Source: a virus
Taxonomy: Duplodnaviria; Caudoviricetes
Reading direction: 5' to 3' (one strand)
Length of the DNA: 32,949 nucleotides
Virus record (IMG/VR): IMGVR_UViG_3300024291_000014
Coordinates: 1 to 32,949 of that record
Notes under the pieces: generated by a model
What the model saw: the letters and a program-made list of their open reading frames with translations, nothing else
What the model was told of the DNA's origin: nothing
Databases searched by the model: none
Shown here: piece after piece, positions 9,963 to 18,809 of the stretch
How the letters are laid out: every line of letters starts with the position of its first letter
How positions within the stretch are numbered: position 1 is the first letter of the stretch
Program-made: the position numbers and the translations under genes

Positions 9963-10684
9963 TGGTTAATCAAAATACAACTTTTTTTGGTGACGGTTTC
10001 GACGGTATACAGCCTCTTACACTTCTTCCTACAGATGAGGTAGTAAAAAGAGTAGAGAAGCAAGTTGAATTTGTCAGAAAAATTAATATTAAAGACTATC
10101 CGGAACAATATCGAGGAGGATTAAAGAGACTTAAGCATTGGACAGATCATGATGGAAGTTTTTTAGATTTAATTTATAGACAAGCTTACCACCATAATCC
10201 TGGTTTTTTCGATAAACCTGAATACTTTATATTTGCATGTATAGATAAAAATTTAGTAGCAAATTATCAAACTGATTGGCATATACAAAATAATATAACT
10301 ACTAATTTACCGGATTATGAAACTCTAAAAAAAGTTAAAGAGCATATCGACTCTGATACTCCATGGGACGTATATAACGAACATATAACAGTTTCGTATG
10401 AATGTTATTCTTCTTTTAAAAAATTCGGTACTGTATTTCCGGTACTGACTTCTAGTAAGACGCATGGAGAGAAACACAGTCATAAGCAGTTTTTCTGTGC
10501 TAAAGCAGGTCATAACGTTCCTATTTTATTCCCAGTTACCAAAGAAACTGAAACTGAATTTATTAGTAAATTTATTTACAGAGGAGCAAAACCATATTGG
10601 TTCGAAGGAAAATATTTAGATATAGTATTAGATATAAATAAAAAAACAATAGAATATAGAAAAAGAAATGAAGCAATTTTTTAA
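9962..10684 (+). CDS. Hypothetical protein, possibly a degenerate ParB/Srx-like paralog
   Basis: SFKKFGTVFPVL...KHSHK...NVPIL aligns by eye with the cores of the 5991 and 8578 proteins. Confidence 0.4.
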   Translation: MVNQNTTFFGDGFDGIQPLTLLPTDEVVKRVEKQVEFVRKINIKDYPEQYRGGLKRLKHWTDHDGSFLDLIYRQAYHHNPGFFDKPEYFIFACIDKNLVANYQTDWHIQNNITTNLPDYETLKKVKEHIDSDTPWDVYNEHITVSYECYSSFKKFGTVFPVLTSSKTHGEKHSHKQFFCAKAGHNVPILFPVTKETETEFISKFIYRGAKPYWFEGKYLDIVLDINKKTIEYRKRNEAIF

Positions 10685-11396
10685 CATAGTTATACCCATG
10701 GCTGGGAGAGGTTCGAGATTTACAGAACAAGGATATACGGATTCAAAACCGTTTATTGACGTTAACGGTAAACCTATGATTCAAAGAGTAATAGAAAACC
10801 TTAACTTTGAGTTCAACTCAGAATTTAAAACTATTATACTATGTCAAAAATCAGATTACGAAAAGTATGACTTTAGTATTTTTAACGAAATAATAGGACA
10901 TAGTAATATTGAAATAGTTAAAATTGACGGAACTACAGAAGGAGCTGCTTGTACTTTACTTTTAGCTAAGGAGTACGTTAACAATGATACTCCTATGCTT
11001 TCATTTAATACTGATCAGATGATAGATTATAATGTTGAAGAAACTTTTGAAAAAATAAAAAAATATGACGGAGGTATACCGTGTTTTTGGGGAGATAGTA
11101 CAGACTGGTCTTACGCAAAAGTAAATGAAGAAGGCTTTGTAACTGAAGTAGCAGAAAAACAAGTTATATCTAACGATGCTACAGCAGGATATTACTATTG
11201 GAGTAAAGGTTCTGACTACGTTAAGTATGCTGAAGAAATGATTGCAGCTAATGATAGAGTTAATAACGAATTTTATGTTGCTCCTGTTTATAATTACGGT
11301 GTAAAAGACGGTAAAAAGTATATTTTAACCCAAGTAGATAAGGTATACGAACTAGGAACACCAGAATACTTAGAAAAATATTTAAATGGAGAGTAA
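10668..11396 (+). CDS. Sugar-phosphate nucleotidyltransferase-like protein (NTP_transferase, BcbE-like)
   Basis: IVIPMAGRGSRF, KPFIDVNGKPMI, TEGAACT, EVAEK, NNEFYVAPVYN and LGTPE motifs. Confidence 0.85.
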   Translation: MKQFFNIVIPMAGRGSRFTEQGYTDSKPFIDVNGKPMIQRVIENLNFEFNSEFKTIILCQKSDYEKYDFSIFNEIIGHSNIEIVKIDGTTEGAACTLLLAKEYVNNDTPMLSFNTDQMIDYNVEETFEKIKKYDGGIPCFWGDSTDWSYAKVNEEGFVTEVAEKQVISNDATAGYYYWSKGSDYVKYAEEMIAANDRVNNEFYVAPVYNYGVKDGKKYILTQVDKVYELGTPEYLEKYLNGE

Positions 11397-12189
11397 AAAA
11401 AGAATAGCGATATGTCTATTTGGTCAAGTCCGGTTCGTAGATAAATTAAAAGAGTACTATGAGTATCTTTGTGATAATGATAGTTACATTATTGATATAT
11501 TTATAGCAACTTGGAACGATTTTGATACTAATTCACTTAATATTAACTTTAAAGATAAGTTATTTTTAGATGAATCTGTAATGGAAAAAGTAGGAGTTAA
11601 AGGAAATACTCCTAAAATGGCATTTTCTATATCAAACTCTATACAATTAAAAAGAAAAGTAGAAATTGAAGAACAGTTTACTTACGATTATGTTATAGTA
11701 AAAAGAGCAGATTTAGTAGTACAAAAAGAAAGATTTTACGAAAGCTTATCAGAAATTAATTTTGATAATGAGACTTTACCTTGTGTATATACTTTAGATG
11801 AGTTTGTATTATCGGAAGAAAAAAATAGCATAGGATCTTTTCCTGCATATAGGTTAACTCAAGATTATATGTTTATAGAAAACTCTCTAGCTGCAGATTT
11901 ACATTCATTAATGTATAACTTTTTTTGGTTACATAAACATCACAAGAAATTAAATGCTACTTATAGAGAAGGAGGGCACTGGAACCATATCTACTTTTTT
12001 AAGTTCTTTAATTTTAATATAAGAACTACTTTTTTAGAATTATTTCTAGTGAGACCGGTTTTAGATCATAAGGTTTTTGAACAGTATGCTACATCAGAAA
12101 ACTTAGTACATGAGTTAGCTTTACATAAAACTAAATTAAAAAAAGAAAACAAAGCCAGCCAGCTTGGGTTCAAAGATAAAATAGTATGA
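11386..12189 (+). CDS. Putative glycosyltransferase-like protein (AVCLSGQLR family, paralog 2)
   Basis: RIAICLFGQVR, FIATW and YDYVIVKRADL motifs. Confidence 0.55.
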   Translation: MESKKRIAICLFGQVRFVDKLKEYYEYLCDNDSYIIDIFIATWNDFDTNSLNINFKDKLFLDESVMEKVGVKGNTPKMAFSISNSIQLKRKVEIEEQFTYDYVIVKRADLVVQKERFYESLSEINFDNETLPCVYTLDEFVLSEEKNSIGSFPAYRLTQDYMFIENSLAADLHSLMYNFFWLHKHHKKLNATYREGGHWNHIYFFKFFNFNIRTTFLELFLVRPVLDHKVFEQYATSENLVHELALHKTKLKKENKASQLGFKDKIV

Positions 12190-13112
12190 ATAAACCAATA
12201 ACATATGCTTATTTAGAAACTACAAACTACTGTAACTTAGACTGTTCATTTTGTAATAGAAAAGAAGTTATAGGTGCTTTACAGCATATGCCTTTACCTA
12301 AGTTTCGACAAATGCTTGAAAATATTAAACATCATCCAATTGAAGAGGCTAAACTTATGGGTATGGGGGAACCTATGCTTCATCCTCAGTTTGATGAAAT
12401 ATGTAAAACTTTTAAAGAGTATTTTCCTAATGCTTTTCTAATAGTAGCTACTAACTGTCAATATCCTATTAGACCTGATACTAAAATGGGTAGAAAGTTT
12501 AATGAAAGTATGAAGTATATAGACCTTCTTTATTTTAGTATTGATGGATATAAAGATTCATATGAAAGAGATAGAGCACCGGCTAAATGGAATAAACTAA
12601 TGTCTTTTTTAGAGCATTTTAAACCTATGGAAAGACATGGATGCAGAGTAACTTGTAATTATGTAGTTAACCCAGATAATGTTTATGATATTAAGACTAT
12701 AAAAGAAGAAATAGTAGATGTTTACGAATTAGAAGAGCTTAGATTAAATATTGCACAAGAATGGAGTGAAGATAAAAATATGCCCGGAGGATATACTCAG
12801 AAAGATATTAAGTATTTAAGAGATAATTGGAAGGATAATTTAAAAGGTAAAGAAGAGTGGGATTTTCCTGATTGTTTTTGGGTTAAAGAAGGAATTTATA
12901 CTACAGTTGAGGGGCATGTTAAAATGTGTTGCTTAAATACAGGTGCTGAACCTTTTGGTAATCTGTTTGATACCAGTATAGAAGATATTAGAAACAGTAA
13001 AGATTTTCAAGCAGTACAACAAGGATGTGCTACTAATAACCCTACTAGTCACTGTGCTACCTGCTCATATAAAGAACTAGCTCCAATGTTAAAGCTAATT
13101 AAAGATGAATAA
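12186..13112 (+). CDS. Radical SAM enzyme with a SPASM/twitch domain
   Basis: CNLDCSFC (CxxxCxxC), GMGEPMLHP, FSIDG and C-terminal C...G.VKMCC...GN...CATC motifs. Confidence 0.9.
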   Translation: MNKPITYAYLETTNYCNLDCSFCNRKEVIGALQHMPLPKFRQMLENIKHHPIEEAKLMGMGEPMLHPQFDEICKTFKEYFPNAFLIVATNCQYPIRPDTKMGRKFNESMKYIDLLYFSIDGYKDSYERDRAPAKWNKLMSFLEHFKPMERHGCRVTCNYVVNPDNVYDIKTIKEEIVDVYELEELRLNIAQEWSEDKNMPGGYTQKDIKYLRDNWKDNLKGKEEWDFPDCFWVKEGIYTTVEGHVKMCCLNTGAEPFGNLFDTSIEDIRNSKDFQAVQQGCATNNPTSHCATCSYKELAPMLKLIKDE

Positions 13113-14055
13113 AATAGATTTTAATAAATGCTTTACTCTAGTAGCTGCAGGTTGTTCGCATACTCAAGGATGTGCTTTTACCAAATATCATAGTCGACCT
13201 AGAGATACTTGGAGAGACCCAAAGTTTATTTTTCCATGGGCAAATGAAAAAATAGCAAATAAATTTAACATAGACTGTACTGCAGAATTTATAACTAACA
13301 ATTTAACTTGGATGGCTTATCTTAGAGATTATCTAAACATAGGTAAAATAGTTAACTTTGGATATGGAGGCCTAGGTACAACCACTACTATAAGATCTTT
13401 ACAGAACTATTTTTTTAATACTTCTGACCTAACTAACCACTTAGTAATAGTTCAGCTACAGTATAACTATAGAGATGAAATAATGGTTAAGTATGATAAC
13501 GGCCGTATGGATTTTGAATCTTTACGTCATTTTTATACTAATAATTACCCAGAAGATAGCGGTTTAACCAGAATGCGAAAAGATTACCTTTTTCATTTAT
13601 ATGATGAAAATTTTCTTATGATTGAATATTTTTATCAATTACTTTTCTTACAAAAACTATATGAAAAAAGTGGAGCAGAGTTTCGAATATTTGCTAAGCC
13701 GTGGTTTACTTTACCAAAACTTACGTCACTGGAAGTTAAAAAGTATGAAAATATTTACAACACTTACATTAGGGTAGGATGGGAAAAAGCAGTACAGGGA
13801 CCTTTATCTATAGCTAACTTATATAGAGAATTAAATATTATAGATACTGAAGGAATGTCTACTATTGTAAAGGAATCCACAGGAGTTAACAAACCTATAG
13901 ACCAAGATGTACCTACTTTACATAGAGACTACGGAGTACAAGGAGATTATCACTTCTCAGAGCTAGGCAACGAGTATTTTGCTAAACATTTAGCATCTAG
14001 GTTAAACACTAAAAGAGATATAAGTAGAGCAGTGCAGTTAAAAAAAGTTATATAG
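13105..14055 (+). CDS. SGNH/GDSL-like hydrolase or acyltransferase
   Basis: AGCSHTQG, NFGYGGLG and C-terminal DYHFSELGN motifs. Confidence 0.55.
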   Translation: MNKIDFNKCFTLVAAGCSHTQGCAFTKYHSRPRDTWRDPKFIFPWANEKIANKFNIDCTAEFITNNLTWMAYLRDYLNIGKIVNFGYGGLGTTTTIRSLQNYFFNTSDLTNHLVIVQLQYNYRDEIMVKYDNGRMDFESLRHFYTNNYPEDSGLTRMRKDYLFHLYDENFLMIEYFYQLLFLQKLYEKSGAEFRIFAKPWFTLPKLTSLEVKKYENIYNTYIRVGWEKAVQGPLSIANLYRELNIIDTEGMSTIVKESTGVNKPIDQDVPTLHRDYGVQGDYHFSELGNEYFAKHLASRLNTKRDISRAVQLKKVI

Positions 14056-14058
14056 TAT

Positions 14059-15081
14059 ATGAAAAATTTTTTAAAAGAGGTTGAAAGATACCAAAAAAAT
14101 ACCGATAGAAAAAAGTACCGTATTTATTTAGGTCAAAATGAAAGAAATACATACCTACCTGATGAAGTGTTTGATAATTTTTTGTCATCTATAGAACAAG
14201 AAGATATTTTTCATTACCCAGATATAAATCCCTTAAAGGTAAAAGTTGCTAGTCTGTATGGAGTAGAATCAGAAAATATTATGCTTACTCACGGTAGTGA
14301 TTTTGGAATCAAAACTATTTTTGATACCTTCAATGTATGTTGTAAAAACGTTGTAACATCTGATTATTGTTTTCCTATGTATAATGTTTATGCTAATGTA
14401 AGCGAAACACAAGTTAAAAAAGCTACTTATACAAATTTAAACTTAGATGTAAATTCTATTATAGAACTAATAGATAAAGATACCCAGTTTGTTATACTTG
14501 CTAATCCTAATTCTCCGATAGGAGATAGTCAAAGCGTAGAAAATATAAAGAAGATTTTAGATACAGGAGTACATTTAATAGTAGATGAAGCTTATATAGA
14601 ATTAACTAATTTAAAATCTAGTATAGAATTAATTAATGAATATGAAAACCTTACTGTACTTAGAACATTTTCTAAAGCATATGGAGCAGCAGGACTTAGA
14701 GTAGGAGTATTGATATCAAGTAAAAATAATATTAGTAATTATTATAGTAAGTTAAGACTTATGTACCCTATCAATTCATTAGGTGCAAGGTATATAGACT
14801 TTATAATAAAACACCATACTTTTTTTCTTAACTACTTCAAAGATATAAGTGAAGGTAAAAAAATATTTGTAGAAAAATTAATAGAACAAGGAGTAGAAAT
14901 AAGAGATACAGAATGTAGCTGGGTATTTATAAAGCAAAATCAAAACGGTAAAGACTTATCTGAACTTTTAGAACTTCAAAGAATACATCATAGAACAAAT
15001 TCACTTCCAGGCGAAGAAGGTATGTGGATAAAACTAAATTATGAACCTATTATAAAGAATCATGATTTTAATTTCTCATAG
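14059..15081 (+). CDS. PLP-dependent class I/II aminotransferase or decarboxylase (HisC/CobD-like)
   Basis: NE, YPD, GSD, NPNSPIG, VDEAY and RTFSKAYGAAGLRVG (PLP-binding Lys) motifs. Confidence 0.9.
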   Translation: MKNFLKEVERYQKNTDRKKYRIYLGQNERNTYLPDEVFDNFLSSIEQEDIFHYPDINPLKVKVASLYGVESENIMLTHGSDFGIKTIFDTFNVCCKNVVTSDYCFPMYNVYANVSETQVKKATYTNLNLDVNSIIELIDKDTQFVILANPNSPIGDSQSVENIKKILDTGVHLIVDEAYIELTNLKSSIELINEYENLTVLRTFSKAYGAAGLRVGVLISSKNNISNYYSKLRLMYPINSLGARYIDFIIKHHTFFLNYFKDISEGKKIFVEKLIEQGVEIRDTECSWVFIKQNQNGKDLSELLELQRIHHRTNSLPGEEGMWIKLNYEPIIKNHDFNFS

Positions 15082-15502
15082 AGGTAATATTACAGGACCT
15101 AATCCTGATAGAGAAAATAATCCGGCTTACATATACGAAGCATTACGGGCAGGTTTTGATGTAGAAGTAGATATTCATTATATAGACGGTAAATTCGTTT
15201 TAGGACATGACGAACCTCAATACCAGTTTCCTTATGAACTGTTAAAAAACTGGTATAATAAAATGTGGATACATTGTAAAAGTAAAGAAGCTTTAGTTAA
15301 GTTAGTTGAAATAGATAAAGGAGGTTATAAGTTAAATTATTTTTGGCATGAAGAAGATTTTGCTACATTAACTTCTAAAGGTTTTATTTGGAGTATAAAT
15401 TCATTAGATAACGGAATACTAGTAATGCCAGAAAGTACTAACAACATACCAGTTGACTTAACTAGAGGAGTATGTAGCGACTATATAGGAGAGTATGAAT
15501 AA
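15062..15502 (+). CDS. Small GDPD/PLC-like phosphodiesterase
   Basis: ISHRGN, GFDVEVD, LGHD, WIHCK and GVCSDY motifs. Confidence 0.7.
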   Translation: MILISHRGNITGPNPDRENNPAYIYEALRAGFDVEVDIHYIDGKFVLGHDEPQYQFPYELLKNWYNKMWIHCKSKEALVKLVEIDKGGYKLNYFWHEEDFATLTSKGFIWSINSLDNGILVMPESTNNIPVDLTRGVCSDYIGEYE

Positions 15503-16145
15503 AGCAATTATTATATCAGGCTTAGTAACACATCTGTCAGATAATATTATACCGTTCTTAGATAGTAGTACTGATATCTATTGTTATACTTGGAATATTG
15601 ACGATAACACCAGGTGGGTAAAAAAATTAAATCGTTACAAAAAATACTGTAGAAATTTATTTGTAGAGGTAAAAGAACCATTATTTGATTCTAAAAGACA
15701 TTCTTATTTTTATTCTACATACAAAGCCGTAAATATGATAGATAATATTTTTATTTACGATAAAATAATTAAATTTAAACCTAATTTAATTGGAGATATA
15801 AAATACCAAGGTAACTTAGAACATTATTTTAATAAAGCTTACTTACAATCAAGACCTCTTTTAGAAGGTACTAAAAAAGAAGAGTGTGTATACGGCTCTA
15901 TTCACTATAAAACTATGGATGAAAGATTATTTACAGGCTACCCGTTGGCTTTTAGTAAAATATTTCATATCTTAGAAGAAAGCTTTGTACATAGAATGTA
16001 CTCAACTGATCTAGACGTAAGAAGAGAATACGGTAATAAATGTGAAGGGAGTATATTTTGGAAAGAATGGATAAATAATTGCAATATTAAACTAATACAG
16101 GATATAGACCTGTTAATACCAGACAGTAAACCATGGCAACAATAA
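15495..16145 (+). CDS. Putative glycosyltransferase-like protein (divergent AVCLSGQLR family, paralog 3)
   Basis: KAIIISGLV, YCYTW and YDKIIKFKPNL motifs. Confidence 0.45.
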   Translation: MNKAIIISGLVTHLSDNIIPFLDSSTDIYCYTWNIDDNTRWVKKLNRYKKYCRNLFVEVKEPLFDSKRHSYFYSTYKAVNMIDNIFIYDKIIKFKPNLIGDIKYQGNLEHYFNKAYLQSRPLLEGTKKEECVYGSIHYKTMDERLFTGYPLAFSKIFHILEESFVHRMYSTDLDVRREYGNKCEGSIFWKEWINNCNIKLIQDIDLLIPDSKPWQQ

Positions 16146-16432
16146 AAGAATTAAAATCTAAAGCAAAAAAAGCTCAAATTGAGACTATTCCTTTGACTCC
16201 AACTGAGATTAAATTAATTACTGATTTAAATACCTCTAAACAGATAGTCGTTAATGAATTCGCATCTATCGGTCAGTTAGAAGCTGGTTTAGATATCAGA
16301 AAAAGAAAAAATAATACTGTGTTTGAAAAAAATTTAGAATCTGAACGTCAATTATCTAAAACTTTAACAGACAAGTACGGGGAAGGCACAGTAGATATAG
16401 ACAATCAAGTTTTTATTCCTTTCGGTGGTTAA
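16133..16432 (+). CDS. Small hypothetical protein (helical, ends KYGEGTVDI...FIP)
   Basis: 99-aa ORF directly upstream of the sheath gene. Function unknown. Confidence 0.6.
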   Translation: MATIKELKSKAKKAQIETIPLTPTEIKLITDLNTSKQIVVNEFASIGQLEAGLDIRKRKNNTVFEKNLESERQLSKTLTDKYGEGTVDIDNQVFIPFGG

Positions 16433-16445
16433 CGTAGTTTGTACA

Positions 16446-16453
16446 TATTTATA
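16446..16453 (+). promoter_or_regulatory. TATTTATA motif, candidate late promoter (distal copy before sheath)
   Basis: Exact 8-mer that recurs in the intergenic gaps of the tail block. Confidence 0.5.
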
Positions 16454-16502
16454 TATGTAGGTAGATAACATATCGTAAAGAAGGTTTTCGATATTTTCCC
16501 TA

Positions 16503-16510
16503 TATTTATA
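16503..16510 (+). promoter_or_regulatory. TATTTATA motif, candidate late promoter of the tail sheath gene
   Basis: ATATTTATAATA, with the motif ending 27 nt before the ATG at 16538. The same 12-mer precedes the tube and chaperone genes. Confidence 0.6.
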
Positions 16511-16537
16511 ATAGAAATTTAACAAACTTAACCTAAC

Positions 16538-18262
16538 ATGGCAGAAACAATTATCTCCCCTGGTGTATTTTCAAGAGAAAACGACATCTCTTTTATCCAA
16601 CCCGCACCTACAGCAGTCGGGGCAGCAATTATCGGACCTACAGTAAAAGGACCTGTAGAAGTTCCAACGTTAGTAACTTCATACAACGAATATAGCAGAA
16701 AATTTGGTGTTACTTTTGAAAGTGCATCGACAAGCGGCGAGTTTCTTACTTCAATAGCTGCAAAAAGCTATTTTGATCAAGGAGGTGAAAGCTTATTAGT
16801 ATCTAGAGTAGTAGCAACAGCAGGAGACTGGACTAATGCTACAAACTCTCATATATCATCTTCAGATAACGGAAGTGTTCAACCTTTCGTACTTAAAACA
16901 ATAGGTAAAGGATCAATATATAACAACACAACTGGAACTTTAGATGCAGGCGCTGGAAATTCTGACGGTTCTTTAGTTTCAGGTTCACAAGATAACTTAA
17001 GATGGGAAATCACTAATAAGGATGCTACCAAAGGAACTTTCTCATTATCTATTAGAAGAGGAGACGATAATACAAATGGAAAAGTAGTATTAGAAACTTT
17101 CAACGATTTATCGTTAGATCCAAATGCTCCAAATTATATTGCAGCAAAAATAGGAGATCAATTTCAAACACTAAGTAGTGGTGATCTTATACAATCAGGA
17201 GATTATATAAATAAATCTAATTATGTTTATGTATCCGCTGTTAACTCTAAGACATATGATTATTTAGGAAATGATGGAACTATAAGAGTAGCAACAGCAG
17301 CTAATAACTTACCAGCTGAAGGTTCAGGAGGATTTTTCGGAGCTGCTGGTGACATAGTACAAGCTACACAGACATCATTTGGAAACATAGCAGCTAATAC
17401 TCAAGGTTTAGTAGCAGGAGATTATACAAATATAATTTCGTTACTAGGAAATAAAGATGAATTTTCATTCAATATTATTTCAGCACCTGGATTAATAGAT
17501 GCTTCACATGGATCAACTGTGGACAGTTTAGTTTCTTTAGCAGAGACTAGAGGAGATTGTATAGCAGCTATCGATCTAGTAGGATATTCAGAACTTACAA
17601 TTGCTAACGTAACTTCACAAGCTACAGGACACAATAGCTCTTACGCAGCTTCATACTGGCCTTGGTTACAAGTTCAATCAGCTACAGGAAGAAACGTATG
17701 GGTTCCAGCTTCTACAGTAATACCAGGAGTATATGCATTTACAGATAATAGTTCAGCACCATGGTTCGCACCTGCTGGATTAGTAAGAGGAGGATTAGTT
17801 GGAGTAATACAAACAAGAAAAAAATTAACTAGAGCAAATAGAGATTCACTATACAATGGTAAAGTAAATCCAATAGCTTCTTTCCCAGGTACAGGTATAT
17901 CAGTATTCGGACAGAAGACCTTACAAACTAAAGCATCAGCTTTAGATAGAGTAAACGTTAGAAGACTTTTAATTGAACTTAAAAAATTCTTAGGAGATCA
18001 AGCTAAAAATCTAGTATTTGAACAAAATACTATCGCAACTAGAAACAGATTCTTAGCTGCAGTAAATCCTTACTTAGACTCAGTAGTACAACAGCAAGGT
18101 TTATTTAGCTATAGAGTTGTAATGGATGATACGAATAATACAGCAGATGTAGTAGATAGAAATCAATTAGTTGGTCAAATATTTATACAACCATCTAAAA
18201 CAGCTGAATTTATTGTTCTTGATTTCGTAGTAGAACCAACAGGCGCAACATTTGACGCATAA
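16538..18262 (+). CDS. Contractile tail sheath protein (T4 gp18-like)
   Basis: ISPGVFSRE, GPTVKGP, YWPW, PWFAPAGLVRG, VNPI, FGQKTLQ, LDRVNVRRL and IQPSKTAEFI motifs. Confidence 0.95.
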   Translation: MAETIISPGVFSRENDISFIQPAPTAVGAAIIGPTVKGPVEVPTLVTSYNEYSRKFGVTFESASTSGEFLTSIAAKSYFDQGGESLLVSRVVATAGDWTNATNSHISSSDNGSVQPFVLKTIGKGSIYNNTTGTLDAGAGNSDGSLVSGSQDNLRWEITNKDATKGTFSLSIRRGDDNTNGKVVLETFNDLSLDPNAPNYIAAKIGDQFQTLSSGDLIQSGDYINKSNYVYVSAVNSKTYDYLGNDGTIRVATAANNLPAEGSGGFFGAAGDIVQATQTSFGNIAANTQGLVAGDYTNIISLLGNKDEFSFNIISAPGLIDASHGSTVDSLVSLAETRGDCIAAIDLVGYSELTIANVTSQATGHNSSYAASYWPWLQVQSATGRNVWVPASTVIPGVYAFTDNSSAPWFAPAGLVRGGLVGVIQTRKKLTRANRDSLYNGKVNPIASFPGTGISVFGQKTLQTKASALDRVNVRRLLIELKKFLGDQAKNLVFEQNTIATRNRFLAAVNPYLDSVVQQQGLFSYRVVMDDTNNTADVVDRNQLVGQIFIQPSKTAEFIVLDFVVEPTGATFDA

Positions 18263-18275
18263 TTTTTTAATTAGA

Positions 18276-18283
18276 TATTTATA
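18276..18283 (+). promoter_or_regulatory. TATTTATA motif, candidate late promoter of the tail tube gene
   Basis: ATATTTATAATA in the 39-nt gap between sheath and tube. Confidence 0.6.
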
Positions 18284-18301
18284 ATAAAGCAATAATAACA
18301 C

Positions 18302-18787
18302 ATGGCAACATTAGACCCAAATGAAATAATGTTTAGAGCATTCGAGCCAAAGGTACAAAATAGATTTGTACTTTACGCTGACGGTATTCCATCGTTCATG
18401 GTAAAAAACGTAACTGCTCCAAACTTTACTGATGAGTCAATTAAACTTGATCACATCAATACGTACAGAAAAATAAGAGGAAAAAGAGAATGGGGAGATA
18501 TGGACTTAACAATGTATGACCCTGTAACACCATCTGGTGCTCAAGCGGTAATGGATTGGGCACGTATTTCTTACGAATCAGTAACCGGAAGATCTGGATA
18601 CTCAGACCTATACAAAAAAGACTTAACACTTAACGTACTAGGACCAGTAGGAGACGTAGTTTCTGAATGGGTGATTAAAGGTGCTTTTATAACTAATATG
18701 TCACAAGGTTCTTTTGACTGGTCTTCTTCGGAACCAGTTGAGCTTACTATTACAGTTGCAATGGACTATTGTGTACTAAACTTCTAA
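18302..18787 (+). CDS. Tail tube protein (T4 gp19-like)
   Basis: 161 aa, directly after the sheath. FEPK..NRF, W..M.LT.YD, YKKD..L..LGP.G..V.EW...GAF and FDWS motifs. Confidence 0.92.
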   Translation: MATLDPNEIMFRAFEPKVQNRFVLYADGIPSFMVKNVTAPNFTDESIKLDHINTYRKIRGKREWGDMDLTMYDPVTPSGAQAVMDWARISYESVTGRSGYSDLYKKDLTLNVLGPVGDVVSEWVIKGAFITNMSQGSFDWSSSEPVELTITVAMDYCVLNF

Positions 18788-18809
18788 TATAGCCACCTCA
18801 TTTTTAAAG

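Noticed and set aside
5991-15081. Known DNA hypermodification pathway (hmU/hmC- or 7-deazaguanine-based)
   Set aside because: No thymidylate-synthase-like hydroxymethylase, 5-hmdU kinase, amino acid:DNA transferase, DpdA or Que genes were recognised in the window. Not fully excluded, since they could lie elsewhere.
1-16145. Bacterial chromosomal capsule/LPS locus next to a prophage
   Set aside because: No export, polymerase or flippase genes, integrase or att-like boundary were seen. The cluster runs seamlessly into phage genes and one paralog lies inside the tail module.
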